From Chiloscyllium plagiosum (taxonomy: Eukaryota): a DNA stretch of 64,000 nucleotides. The notes beneath the pieces were generated by a model. It saw only the letters and a program-made list of their open reading frames with translations, was not told the origin of the DNA and searched no databases. Below, piece after piece: positions 14,669 to 28,067 of the stretch. Both the position numbers and the translations under genes were made by a program. Location of the stretch: contig NC_057718.1 in NCBI RefSeq assembly GCF_004010195.1, positions 30,262,045 through 30,326,044 on the forward strand, in the 5' to 3' direction. Position 1 is the stretch's first letter, and every line of letters starts with the position of its first letter.

Positions 14669-15226
14669 AGAGTCACAGAGATGTACAACACAACACAGAA
14701 ACAGACTCTTTGGTCCAACCGTTCTATGCAGACCAGATATCAGAAATTTTCTAGTCCCATATGCCAGCATTTTCCCCACGTCCCTCTAAACCTCTCCTAT
14801 TCATATACCCATTCAGATATCTTTTAAATGTTGTACTAGCTTCCATCACTTCCTCTGGCAGCTCATTCCATACACGCACCACCCTCTGCATGGAAAAGTT
14901 GCCCCTTAAGTCCCTTTTAAAATCTTTCCCCTCCCACCTTAAACTTATGCCCTCTAGTTTCACCTCGCCCACCTCAGAAAAAGACCTTGTCAATTTATGC
15001 TATCCATACCCCTCATGATTTTATAAACCGCTATAAGGTGACCTCTTAGCCTCCGACGCTCCAGGGAAAATAGCTGCAGTCTATTCAGCCTCTCCCTATA
15101 GCTCAAACCCTCCAGCCCTGGCAACATCCTTGTAAATCTTTTCTGAACCCTTTCAGGTTTCACATCATCCTTCCTATAGCAGGGAGACCAGAATTGCATG
15201 CAGTATTCCAAAAGTGGCCTAACCAA
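14669..15226 (-). mobile_element. 5'-truncated CR1 (HER1-like) LINE
   Basis: LVRPLLEYCMQFWSP, LERRRLRG, RVVRVWNELP; CR1 3' tail. Confidence 0.9.
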
Positions 15227-15447
15227 CTTACTAACAAGAGGTAAGCACAGTCTCATTACCCTGTTCTTCTTATGTTTGGCATGTTAGTGCTAATCAATAG
15301 TCTACAACTATCTGTGTATCAGTGACCGTACCATGTGCTGACTCCCCTCAGAGATTCTAGTACATAAGCTGTATTGTTGAAGTGAAAATAATGTGTGTTT
15401 GGTGCAATGTGACAAACATGAATGATTCACACTTCTGTAGTATAGTT

Positions 15448-16187
15448 ACATAGAACATAGAACAGTACAGCACAGAACAGGCCCTTCAGCTCACGATATT
15501 TTGCTGACCATTGATCCTCATGTGAGGTAAATCTAATGTATGAATCTCACAAATTTCTGTGACCATATGCATGTCCAGCAGTCTCTTAAATATCCCCAAT
15601 GACCTCGCTTCCACAACTGCTGCTGGCAACGCATTCCATGCTCTCACAACTCTCTGCGTAAAGAACCCGCCTCTGACATCCCCTTTATACTTTTCACCAA
15701 ACAGCTTAAAACTGACGCCTCTTTTTAACAATTTCTGCCCTGGGAAATAGTCTCTGGCTATCAACTCTATCTATGCCTCTCATTATCTTGTACACCTCAA
15801 TTAGGTCCCCTCTCTTCCTTCTTTATTCCAATGAAAAAAGTCTGAGTTCAACCTCCCTTCGTAAGATAAGCCCTCCATCCCAGGCAGCATCCTGGTAAAT
15901 CTCCTCTGAACCCTCTCCAAAGCATCCACATCTTTCCTATAATAGGCGACCAGAACTGGATGCAGTATTCCAATTGCGGTATAACCAAAGTTTTATAGAG
16001 CTGCAATAAGATCTCACGACTCTTAAACTCAATCCCCCTGTTAATGAAAGCCAAAACACCATATGCTTTCTTAACAACCCTGTCCACCTGGATGGCAATT
16101 TTAAGGGATCTATGTACCTGCACACCAAGATCCTGCTGTTCCTCCACACTGCCAAAAATCCTGTCTTTAATCCTGTACTCAACTTTC
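15448..16187 (-). mobile_element. 5'-truncated CR1 LINE
   Basis: LEYCIQFWSP, RVVRAWNALP; tail of (ttctatg)n-type repeats at 15448. Confidence 0.9.
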
Positions 16188-16267
16188 ATGTACTAAAATC
16201 TGAGGGGAGTCAGCACACGGTATGGTCACTGGTATAATTAGTAACTTGCTTGAAATTCCTCAAACAT

Positions 16268-17370
16268 TAGAACATAGAACACAGAACAGACAGCACAGAA
16301 CAGGCCCTTCAGCCCACGATGTTGTGCCGACCATTGATCCTCATGTATGCACCCTCAAATTTCTGTGACCATATGCATGTCCAGCAGTCTCTTAAATGTC
16401 CCCAATGACCTTGCTTCCACAACTGCTGCTGGCAACGCATTCCATGCTCTCACAACTCTGTGTAAAGAACCCGTCTCTGACATCCCCTCTGTACTTTCCT
16501 CCAACCAGCTTAAAACTATGACTCCTCATGTTAGCCATTTCTGCCCTGGGAAATAGTCTCTGGCTATCGACTCGATCTATGCCTCTCATTATCTTGTATA
16601 TCTCAATTACGTCCCCTCTCCTCCTCCTTTTCTCCAATGAAAAAAGTCCGAGCTCAGTCAACCTCTCTTCATAAGATAAGTCTTCCAGTCCATGCAGCAT
16701 CCTGGTAAACTTCCTCTGAACCCTCTCCAAAGCATCCACATCTTTCCTATAATAGGGCGACCAGAATTGGACGCAGTATTCCAAGTGCGGTCTAACCAAA
16801 GTTTTATAGAGCTGCAATAAGATCTCACGACTCTTAAACTCAATCCCCCTGTTAATGAAAGCCAAAACACTACATGCTTTCTTAACAATCCTGTCCACTT
16901 GGGTGGCCATTTTAAGGGATCTATGTACCTGCACACCAAGATCCCTCTGTTCTTCCACACTGCCAAGAATCCTATCCTTAATCCTGTACTCAGCTTTCAA
17001 ATTCAACCTTCCAAAATGCATCACCTCACATTTATCCAGGTTGAACTCCATCTGCCACCTCTCAGCCCAACTCTGCATCCTGTCAATGTCCCGCTGCAGC
17101 CTACAACAGCCCTCTATACTGTCAACGACACCTCCAACCTTTGTGTCGTCTGCAAACTTGCTGACCCATCCTTCAATCCCCTCATCCAAGTCATTAATAA
17201 AAATTACAAACAATAGAGGCCCAAGGACAGAGCCCTGTGGAACACCACTCACTTCCAGGCAGAATATTTTCCTTCTACTATCACTCGCTGTCTTCTGTTG
17301 GCCAGCCAATTCTGTATCCAGACAGCTAAGTTCCCCTGTATCCCATTCCTCCTGACCTTCTGAATGAGCT
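16268..17370 (-). mobile_element. 5'-truncated CR1 LINE with RT core
   Basis: ORF 16392..17393: GVPQGSVLGPLLFVIFINDLD, KFADDTK, LVRPHLEYCVQFWSP; same subfamily as 15448-16187. Confidence 0.93.
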
Positions 17371-17437
17371 TGCAGTGATAAAAAACAACACAAGGAGTTT
17401 ACACGTATAACTCATATTTTGTGGTAGTCAATCTCAC

Positions 17438-17558
17438 CTGTTGTATTACATGCATTAACAGCCACAACATTTCTCAGTTTTCTGGTATATCTTAGCAACC
17501 CTGACAATGGCACACGGTTGTCATCTTCGTAGGCGGTGATGAATATAGATGGGTATTT
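17438..17558 (-). CDS. PREPL: PREPL coding exon 12 ([17 protein letters not shown]...), catalytic Asp codon 17520-17522
   Basis: Poly-T acceptor tttcag, donor G|GTGAGA, 121 nt. Confidence 0.94.
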
Positions 17559-18246
17559 CTGAAAAAAAAAAGCTGTGTTAAAATCTTAATTCTTGCTTAA
17601 ATTACTTTCTCAAAAAATTGAAAAAAAAGAGTTCTCAAACTACATTATTTCACCTCTTAATTTCAAAATGTCAACATGGGCAACATGAACAATCATCAGT
17701 GATGTAAGCCATAAAACTGAAGTTAAAATGATATAATTTGAACTGATGATCTACCACTTCAATCAAGAATACGAAATGTTTGGAAGAGCCATTAAGCCCA
17801 ATGGCGTTGAGGGAGTTGTTTTCATTCAATACATCTATAGTAGAAGCATTGTGACTAATCAGCATCTCAACACTGATAATTGTATCAGTATCAGACTCAC
17901 AAACATATCCATTAGACTTACATTTTTAAAAACAAGAGAAATCCAATGATTGTTCCTTGACATTCAATAGCATTACCATAACAGAGTTCCCCACTATCAA
18001 CATCCTGGAGGTTACTATCGACTAGAAACTTAATTACACTAGCCATAGAAATGCTGCAGTTAAAAAGAGCAGGTAAGAGACTAGGAATCCTGCGATAAAT
18101 CACTAACTCCTCAAAGCCTGTCCCCATTGACAAGACAAATCAGGATGAGTAGCACAGATTATAAACTTACCTCTCACTGTTACTAGACTGCATCCTCAGC
18201 ACCAGCACAGTTAACTCTTACCATTACAACTGCCATCCAAAATTAC

Positions 18247-18396
18247 CTGCGGCTTTATATTTTGATATGGACAATAAGCTTGAATGCATTTAAAAATATT
18301 TTGATCAGACAAAGGATCTCCCCACTCTTCTTGCTCTTCAATAGTGAGTGGTAATGTAGGATCTAGCATGGTGTTGAGAACATCGAGGAAAGGAGC
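18247..18396 (-). CDS. PREPL: PREPL coding exon 11 ([10 protein letters not shown]...EEWGDP...[10 protein letters not shown])
   Basis: Acceptor ttcacag, donor CAG|GTAATT, 150 nt. Confidence 0.95.
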
Positions 18397-18740
18397 CTGT
18401 GAACAAAAGTTCTGACCAGTCAGCAATTATTATTGTTACAAGCTAGTATTAACATGAAAACAACATGGCAAAAAAGTGTAATGTATAACAATGATCTATT
18501 TTACAAATCTTCTGTCATAATAGCTTCCATTGGCTATACATAAAGATTATGATGGAGAATTTGAAGGGCAACTGCTGACTGTTAGCAGACAGACTTAGTG
18601 AGAGCAAAGCACAGATCAATCAGGATACTCACAAAATGAGAATCAAATCTCCTTCTTTCTCATCATTACCACTACTGCAACATGATGCATCTGTATACCA
18701 TGTCATTGACTAAGAGTGCCCTGTAATTGCTGGGTGTTTT

Positions 18741-19070
18741 CATAGAATCTCTAAAGTTTGGAAGCAGGCCATTTGGCCCATCTCGTCCACACCGACACTC
18801 TGAAGAGTATCCCACCCCGACCCACCCCCATCCCTGTAACTCTGCACCTCCCACGGTCAACCCACCCAGCCTGCACATCCCCTGATACTATGGGAAATTT
18901 AGCATGGCCAATCCACTTAACCTGCACATCTTTGTACTATGGGAGAAAACCCACACTGATATGGGGTGAATGTGCAAACTCCACAGACAGTCGCCAGAGG
19001 TTGGAATCAAACTCAGGTTCCTTGGCGCTGTGAGGCAGCAGTGCTAACCACTGAACCACCGTGCCACCCC
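18741..19070 (-). mobile_element. HE1/V-SINE-type SINE
   Basis: tRNA head (ggtggcacggtggttcagtggttagcactg) and CR1-like tail. Confidence 0.85.
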
Positions 19071-21131
19071 TGAGATGTGAAGATGTTAAGTTCCCCCAAT
19101 CTAATCTCCCTTGTTTTGATTAGCGACAAGGAAAAGCAGGTGTGCATTCATCCTTTCTTCTGCATCAACTGATCAATCTCTAGAGTTTCTCCTTCAGGAT
19201 ATGACCAACTTCATTTCCAAAATTTCACTCATGCAAGCCAGTATGAACACCTTAAGACTCCAGTATACTTTCTGATAGGCAACTAAAGATTAGAAGATTT
19301 TGGTCAATGAGAAAACTTGGTAAGGCTTCCAATAAGCTTAACTTCATTTCCACAGATCTACCTGTTCCATTTACACAGCCTTAACCAATGGGAAGCAGCA
19401 AAAATTGCTTTTAGAATATATTTTCATTGATGGACTGAGGATCAACATTCCATTTAAAGAAGGTACCAACATATACTGCAGAAATTTTGTAATATGAAAT
19501 AGTTTTGACCATTATACAGCATTTATCCTAGAAATATAGTTATCTCAAAGAAGTTCCCCTTATTGAATTAGTTCTGGGTAAAGTTAGGCACATGTTCTGA
19601 ATTACAGCGCCAACTAATGGTGAAAGAAAGCAATTACTTTACATCTGGATAAAAACTACCTTATTTTGGAACATTACCTTGGTCATGTGTACTTTTTGCA
19701 ACTTATAAAGTTGACTGTCCTCCTAAATTCAAACCTTCATTAATGCATTCCAGGATACACCACTGCGATTGAAAGGTACAGTGCAAGGGTTTTACTTAAT
19801 ATTTGCATTAAACTAGACATTTCTAAATATTGTCCAAAACAGTGTGCATGTGTGTGGGGGAGGGGCCAAAGGGAGAGATTTATAGTTTTTGACCCTATTT
19901 TCTAAATTCATTAATAATGCTCTTATTAATAATCTCAAAGTACACAAGTATACATGATATTTATTCAGTAATGTTAATCCATATCGTCACCGTGTCAGAA
20001 TGTAGTTGGCAGTAACAAAACACTTTTCTTTAGCACACACAAATTATGGAAAAAATATGTTTTTAAAAGTTTGCTGATTACCTTCCTATAGCTGGAAATA
20101 TGGAGATCAGGTGTTGATGGGAGTGACTACAGTTATGCCTACAGATTAAAAAAAGGTCAAACCTTCTGATGAACGAAAGTTACTTCAGCAAGAAACGTTT
20201 GGTCACATTAAAGAAAGAACTTCATTTAAATTGTGCCGTTAATATCCTCAAGATGTCAAAATTCCTTGCAGCCAAAATTACATAATCAGTATATAGTCAA
20301 TACTACAGTAAATATGCAGACAAGTTACTGCAAACGTCAATTAAATTAACATTTTATTGGAGATCTTTGATTTAGGGATAGATATTAGTGAAGGCACTGG
20401 GACAAGTGTCCATCTCTTCTTCAGACAGAGCTGTGAGATCTTGTGTTTCTACTTGAACTAGGAGTTGAGGCTACTTGAAGGTCCATTCTGAAAGATTATT
20501 TCTGATGCTGCACAGCTTTAATATATAGATGATGTATTTGAGTCCTTGGAGTTATGTTAAACCTACAACCTTTTAAACAGATTTGAACCAAGATGACAAC
20601 ACCCATGGAGCTGCATTCTTGCTAAATTCAGGTATGAGTGTTATCAGAGATATACTTCCAATGAAAAACTTAAGTTGGTTGGAATGATTTTTAATTTACA
20701 ACTAATACTCAACAGAAAAATCTATATTATTAAAATTACAGAATTTAAGATGGGTTTTACTTTAAAAGGTTACAGAACGGTGAATTCCAGTTAACATCTT
20801 CCCAAATAATATCCCAGAGATTTTACAATGTTATTATTATTTAAGCTTATAGGAAACTTGCATCACATCACATCCATTGCGCCTAAAAGATATACAGCAC
20901 TTCAACAATCTGGTACAATCCCCTCTCAGTCTACGATGCAACCAAATGTTCTAATCTTCCCTTGTTAATTCTTTTACTCCTCAGATACCTTCATCATTTT
21001 TATGGTTTTGATAGCTCACCCTCTCTCTTTCCACTTGTTTACACTGATATCTTTGGTCTAAGGGGGAAAGTTATTCCCTCCTTACAGCTTTAGCTGTCAC
21101 TCCTTCCTGCACTTGCAACCTTGGATTTAAG

Positions 21132-21388
21132 AAAAAAGACAAATAACTCACAAATACTGTAAATCAAAAACAAAAACAGAAATTACTGGAAAAAACTCAG
21201 CAGATCTGGCAACATCTGTGGAGAGAAATCAGAGTTAACATTTCAGGTTGAGTGACTCTTCCCGAAAACTCAAATTTTGAGGAACTAAATTCTGAGGAAG
21301 GGTCACTTGACCCAAAATATTAACTCTGATTTCTCTCCACAAATGCTGCCAGATCTGCTGAGTTTTTCCATCAATTTCTGTTTTTGAT
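21132..21388. mobile_element. Palindromic Penelope-derived insert (two inverted 3'-end copies)
   Basis: Arms 21170-21262 and 21296-21387 are reverse complements; flanked by cttggatttaag at 21120-21131 and 21389-21400. Confidence 0.8.
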
Positions 21389-22197
21389 CTTGGATTTAAG
21401 CATTGCCTCGCTGCCATGGGCTTGTACTTTATGTTCCACCCGAGAGTCCTGGCTGGTCTCATTTCCATGGGCCTACCACTGCGCTCGAATGTCTGGGTTC
21501 ATGTGCTACCTGCCGAGAGGTAGGTTAACATTTATTTGCACTTAGAATGTATTTGCTGGCAGGTCTGATGGGCAAGGCGTGGCACTGGAAGATGGGAAAG
21601 GAACAATGGGAGAGTACATAAAATATTAGAAGGGTAAATGAAGGTGTGAAATTAAACAATGAAAGGGAATATAGCTGAGAAGAGGGCGAAAGGACAAAAT
21701 GTATGAGTGAGTGAAAAGTGAGGGGCAATCAGGTGGGTAAGATCTGGAGATGTAGGGCCTCTACTTCCTTTGCTTCTCACTGATGTTCTGGACACCTGCG
21801 ACACATTACCTATCAACCCAAAGCCATTGTGTCGTAATTGCTGGGTCACTCCTATCACTCTGGATCCAAAATTTGTCAGTTGCCTTGGGGATTTTCAATG
21901 CCTGTTAACTGACTGGTATCCATACTTCTTACTAATCAGATGAACCAGAAGGCAAAATAACTAAAAATTGACCTAAGGAATACAGAGGGACAGTGAAACC
22001 TAAAAATGGATGGGAAGAGAAGGAGAGACATGCATTCAGACAAAAAAAACAAGAAAAATATGACCAAGACAGAGAATAGAGACAGGGGATCTAAATTTAA
22101 ACAATACCATAGGAAACACCCGAGGATGTGATCCTAGTTCACAATAATTACAATACTTTTTAAACTAACACACTTAAAAAGTTATTTTCCGACTTAC

Positions 22198-22414
22198 TCG
22201 TAAAACAACAGCTCTGATGGAATCAGGTGACACATTACATAAGCTCCCTGCTAGGACTCCACCTGCACTGTTTGCTGTGAGAGCAGTTCGCCTGGGGTTT
22301 GAATATCCCGTTGAGTGCAAATAATGAAGACACGCCTCTAAGTCGTATATACCCACTTGCTTCTTGTCCAAATGACTTGCTTTGTGCCAGCTTAAACCTA
22401 ACTCTCCACCTCCT
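22198..22414 (-). CDS. PREPL: PREPL coding exon 10 (GGGELG...TANSAGG...AVVLR), catalytic Ser codon 22267-22269
   Basis: Acceptor tcataccag, donor CGA|GTAAGT, 217 nt; nucleophile elbow SAGG. Confidence 0.95.
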
Positions 22415-22459
22415 CTGGTATGAAGAGAAAAATAGATTAGAACAGATACGCAAGCAAAA

Positions 22460-22615
22460 TACTGCGCTGTAGATACTGGCTATTTGAAACAAAAAGCAAA
22501 AAAATTGCTGGAAATACTCAGCAAGTAAGGTGGTATTTGCGGATGGCAAAATAAAATTAATGCTTCAGGTCAATGACCTTTCATTAAATTTCACCTGACT
22601 TGCATTTTCTGTTTG
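22460..22615 (-). mobile_element. Old Penelope 3'-end remnant beside the PREPL exon 10 acceptor
   Basis: aaaattgctggaaatactcagc... matches the same PLE terminus; decayed hammerhead core near 22560-22590. Confidence 0.55.
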
Positions 22616-24221
22616 AACAATAAAATATATGTTGGAATCAATCAATTCAATATACAAAATATGACCTTTACTTAATTAAGCCAAACTCTTCATAAAGTGT
22701 TAGAATATTTTAAAACAGCCTATTCGACATTCAAATGAATGAAATAATGGAAATCATAAACAACTTTATAATATGAGGAAAGGATAACACTCTCCCTGGT
22801 TTAATATTTCATTTTTCTTTTCTCTAGACATTTTCCAAAGCCAGAACATTGTAAATGTGTATTTTCCATCTTTTGCAAGTACATATTCATATGATACCTC
22901 TAAAATTGAAAAACTCTCTCAAAATGCTTCAGAAAGATCAGAAATCACAGACACCGAAGAAAACACAGTGAACAAAAAGTTGGTTTAAGGGACTTCTTAA
23001 AGGAGAAAGAGGTGGAGAACTTTAGGGACAGAATTCAAGAGTGAGAGAGAACTAGGATGATGCCCTTTGGTGGAGAGGTTCAAGAGGCCTTAGTCAGAGT
23101 AATTCAGAATTTGTGGAGCTCACTGGGGTTGAAGGGTTATGCATTAATATGGATGAGTGAGGTCCAAGGTATGGAAAATAGGCAGTTGGACATGGTGTGG
23201 GGCAGGAAACAACCAAACAGAATTTATAATGACGTGAAGTTTCTGGAAAGAAAAAGGAAGGCTAGTCAGAAGAGCAATGGAATAGCTATTTCTGGACACT
23301 TAAATGTAACATACAATTTATTTTTTGTTTTAACTTTTAGAGTTTGGATTTTGAACTAGTGGTAAGAGGGTTTTGGTCAATGTGTTTGAGGTGGTTTAAT
23401 GTCAGTATCTAGAGCCGTGGTTTAATGAAACTAGTATCACAGAAATAGTTCCGGGAATGGGAATTTATTTAAATTGAGAAAAGTTTACAATGGACAGAAT
23501 AAACACTGAGGAGCATTAGCTTGTTTTTATTTATAAGGATCCAAGATTTTCTTTGCTTTTGGGGAACAAGCAGAGCTTGGAAATCTTTTGGTTACAGTTT
23601 GCAGACATCCTGGATAAAGTTGGAACAAGGAAACAGTTTTCCTGGAGCAAGGAGTTAGCTCAAAATATTTAGAAGTAGGTTACTGCAGTACAAGGTTTGA
23701 GCTTGAAAGTTCCAGGCTGGAGGAGTTTGGTTAGAGCCACGGAAGGGTTAATTGAAGCAAAGAAGTCTAAACTCACTTGTATGCATACTCAAGCCAGAGG
23801 CTGTCAAATTGTTTTGCAGAAAAGTGACAACATTTTGTTATAAGTCTGGCCCACAATTATATCTTAACAAAGACAAATAAAATAATTGGAGATTCATCGT
23901 GTTGCAGGATCTTAGCTGCCATGTTTGCTCACTGTACAACAATGACTTCACTTCAAAACTACATATTTGGCAATGAAGCATTTTGGGACATCCAGAAGTA
24001 ATGGCAGTTTTTTGTTAAATCATTTGTTTCTTGACTTGAAATTATAAGGTATCCAAGACTGGATATCTGACAGGCAGTCCAAAAGTAGGGGCAGTAACGG
24101 ATTTGAGAGAGGTTGGACAACCAGAGCTGCATGTCATTAGTCTATCTCTGGAAGCTGACTGCATGCTTTTTTTTTGGATGGGATTGCTAAGATGTTGCAA
24201 GTTGAAAATGAAGAACATTTA

Positions 24222-24540
24222 GGGGAGGTAATGGTGTAGTTGAATGTCACTGGACTAGTAATTCAGAACTCCAGGAAAATGTTTTGTTGGTATTGGTTCA
24301 AATTCCATCATGTCAGACGGTAAAGCTTGAATCCAATAAAATATGAAATAAAGATCTGGCCTAACAGTTGTCAATGTTGATTACCATAAAAATACATCTG
24401 GTTCATTAGTATCCTTTAGGGATGGAAATTTGCTGTCCTTACCTGATCTGGCTAACATGTGACTCTGGAGTATGACTCTCTGAGCAACTTGGGAGGGGCA
24501 AAAATTCTAGCTCAGCAATTTCCACATACTATGAATGAAT
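24222..24540 (+). mobile_element. Second tRNA-derived SINE family
   Basis: A box (tggtgtagttg), B box (ggttcaaattcc), body catctggttca..cctttaggg; related to 42895-43225. Confidence 0.7.
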
Positions 24541-27500
24541 AAAAATTAAAGGAGGAGTTCTGGAGGTGACATAGAGACAACAAAAGCTGCTGATATGCCC
24601 ATTAAATCACAACAGATTAATGCCTAAGTGAAATGAAGCAAGAACAGAAAAATGGAAGAGAAATACTATGAAGACTCTCATCAGATACGTTGAGGCGATC
24701 GAGAAGTTAAGAAAGGATAAAGCACCATGACCTGAAAAGGTCTGGTGGTCTAGACATATGCGATTTTTTCTCAACCTTTGCTTTACTCCTACTAGCGATA
24801 CATCACAAACTGGAAGCAAGCTTTCGTTTGGTATCTATAATGCCTCAGCCATGAAAACAGTGAAGGCCATAGAGGCTGAATATGTTTAGCCAGCTAACTG
24901 CACTTACGACCATGTTGGAGGACGATAATTAGTCTCGGTGTCCCTAAGTCTGTTCCATGATTGTGATGTAGTCTTAAAAATTATAAGAATGGATTGATGT
25001 CAGGTGAATCATTCAGACAAACCGCTGCTTTTTCTAAAAAAAAACTGAACTGAGGGAGGGACATTAGGATTATTTTTACCTCTGCTTCCCAGTGCAATTA
25101 GAAATCTCCTGAGAGATCTGAAAACTTAGACCGCCTGCTCCCTTTCTACAGGTTTCCATTTCAAACCAGTCTTCTGTGCAGGTGAGAAAAACATTCAATG
25201 GAAATAACAGAAGTGCTACTTCAACCAAGATAGCTGGACAATTTAGTGGTGTCACTTAACTACTAATTAACCAGTGGATATAGTGATCTCCTTGTCAGAT
25301 GAAGCAAGCAAGAGTAATTGGGGAAAGAAAAGGCCTGATCAGTTAAGTTTTAAAACATTTTATTCATTCATATTGTGGAGTCTGAAAATCAAAAATGGCC
25401 ATTTGGGCCTCATTCGGCTATCCCTTATCTAATTACAAGGTGTAAAGGGTTATAGGGATCGTGTGCATAAAAGGCACTGAAGTATTTAATCAGCCATGAT
25501 CAGACTGAATGGCACAGCAAGCTTGACGGGCTGAATGGTGTACGTCTACTCCTACATTCCTCCCAGAACTCCATATTGTGAGCTATGATCCAACTTTCTT
25601 GCCTCAGCCTCTATCAAGTCTGAGATAAAGTTAGAGGTTTTATGTATGTGTACGTGATAAAAAAAAAACTTTTTTTAAGCTGTTCACTTGCACACTTGTG
25701 GCCATTATTCATAAGGTATGATTAGTTATTTCTGATTTAAAATAGGATCTGCTTTGTGTAACATATCAAAAGTAAAATACAGCTTCCTATAAGGAGTTGT
25801 ATGTTGTTGGAGCTGCCCATGGCTGAAGGTAACATGAAATGGCTGACTATGGTTTTAGCTAACATAAGATGGCTGAAGAAAATTATTAGTTGGACATAGC
25901 AGTTTCCACAGTCAGAATTGTGGCCTTCATATACATGTCAACCAGATAAGATAAATAAGTGCCTCATAGAAATCTTAGTGGGAAAGAGTGGGAACGTAGA
26001 GAACAGACATTTCTGTTAATGGAAGCTCAGATGGAGCTTGTTATTTAGTATAGATAGAAAAGGGAGAAACTGGACTAACATTAATTAAGACTCTCTAGGT
26101 AATTATACACATATAATTGTACAATAACTGTAGCAACTATAACTTTAGTGTATTAAACATTACAGAAATCTAAATTAGATTCCCCAGACAGTCAACACTG
26201 GGCATTGAAGTAGTCCTAATAAGGAATATCCTTGAAAAACCTAGATAAGCCCCTAGTAACAACGAGGCCAAAAGTTTGTTCTTTAGTAAAGTGTAGAAGG
26301 GAAGGTTTGAACCCACCATAATCAAAGACATTTTAGGTAACTGCAATGGTATATTATACATGGAGGTATATTGCAATTAGAAATGCAATTAACAAACTAA
26401 TGTTAAGGAATTGAGCTGAATTCCTTTAGACAAATGGCTGTACACATAGAGAGAAGCCCTCATCCTGCCAACAAGGGGGACTGAATGACAAATAGTGTAA
26501 ATACCAAGGACTGGACAACATATAACAAATAGTACAAACAGATAACAAACACAGAAACAGATAGCATTGTAAAAGGGCCATTGGGAACCATTGGTCATTA
26601 TGGCCTCAGGAAAATAAATAATCACAGCTTCACAAGTTAATGAACAACACCCACACAATCCTGCTGGGGAGGAGCATAATGGTCCAAGGGGATGTGGCAA
26701 GCACTGAGATCAATGTTGCATGCAATCATTGTAATGTGGAGTATATAAATATCCTGTACTTTGTTGGGAGAGTTAATCTGCTCCAGAGACCTCCTCAAAA
26801 GTGTGTTTGTGAGGAGCTCCAAATAAAGAGTCATACATCATGGAAACAGACCCTTCAGTCCAATTCATCCCTGTTGATCAGGTTTCCCAAACTAAGCTAG
26901 TCCCATTTGCCTGCTTTTGGCTTCTATCCCTCTAAACCATTCCTACTCAAATGTCTTTTAAATGTTGCAATTATATCCATATCTAACACTTCCTCTGGCA
27001 GTTCATTCCACAAAGATCCATTTGTGCTGAAAGACTCCTCTTTAAAATCTCTCTCCAACAACATTACCCTCACTGATGGTAATTGTTACTTTAACTGTTC
27101 CTCCAATATTCAGCCTTACAATGTTAGTAGACATGTCCATAATAGTGAATCATTTTCTGTTCTTAAACAGAAAGAGAAAAATGGAAAATAAGCTGATACA
27201 AAAATATAAGAGAAGGTAATCAAAAGGTTAAACTCAATCCTCTGCAAGGAAGCATTATTGTCTTTACAAAAATATTGCTCAGATTTAGCCTCAGACTGTG
27301 GAGGCAATCCTTTCTTACAGGTTTGCTGATTATAAAATTAGAAATATTTCATTTTCTGAGAAACGAAAATCAGTTTCAGAAGAAATATCCACAAATAAAA
27401 CCAAACCTATAAGTGACATTAAACACAAAGCAACTTACCTTTCTGAAACCTCAAACAAGGAATTGTAAAATTAAACAACAACCTTAACCAGAAACATAAT

Positions 27501-27556
27501 TTGACACACTGATAGGCAACACCTTAAATTGATAAAATGAAGCAGGGAGACAGTAC

Positions 27557-27732
27557 CTAACATGACAATATGCTAAAATCCAACCATCTTCCAATAGCAC
27601 CATCTGTTCTGGTTTAAAGTCAACATTCAAGTCGATGCCATAAGCTCCATACACATGGGCTAGCAAAGGTTTTTTGTTCATTTTATTGAATGGTGTTTTA
27701 TGAAAAACCGTGATTGGTACCAAAGTGCCATC
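27557..27732 (-). CDS. PREPL: PREPL coding exon 9 ([10 protein letters not shown]...HVYGAYG...LAYCHVR)
   Basis: Acceptor tttcag, donor AG|GTACTG, 176 nt; S9A YGAYG motif. Confidence 0.95.
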
Positions 27733-28067
27733 CTGAAATACAAATAACAATGTAAATAAATGTTACAGGTCACATTCTCAAATATTTTTCTCTACATTAC
27801 TGTCTCATTAAAATATAAGAATGATGAATATTTCATGAAATCTACTTCTACAATTAAATTTACCACATTAGTCCTGTAATGCTACATATTCTTATCCAAC
27901 CTGCTCCTATTATCATGCTTATTAGATTTCTTTCTCCTAACAGCTCATAGCTCAGTACCAATTTTGACCTGACACCGTGAATTCATCTCTGTGATCAAGC
28001 GTGCCCTATCTCTCACCCGTCTTTTAGTTCTCAAACATTTAATTGTTATGTATTTAGGGTGTAGGTT

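Noticed and set aside
20165..20185. CTGATGAACGAAAG as a hammerhead
   Set aside because: No stem II between the core halves and no supporting stem I.
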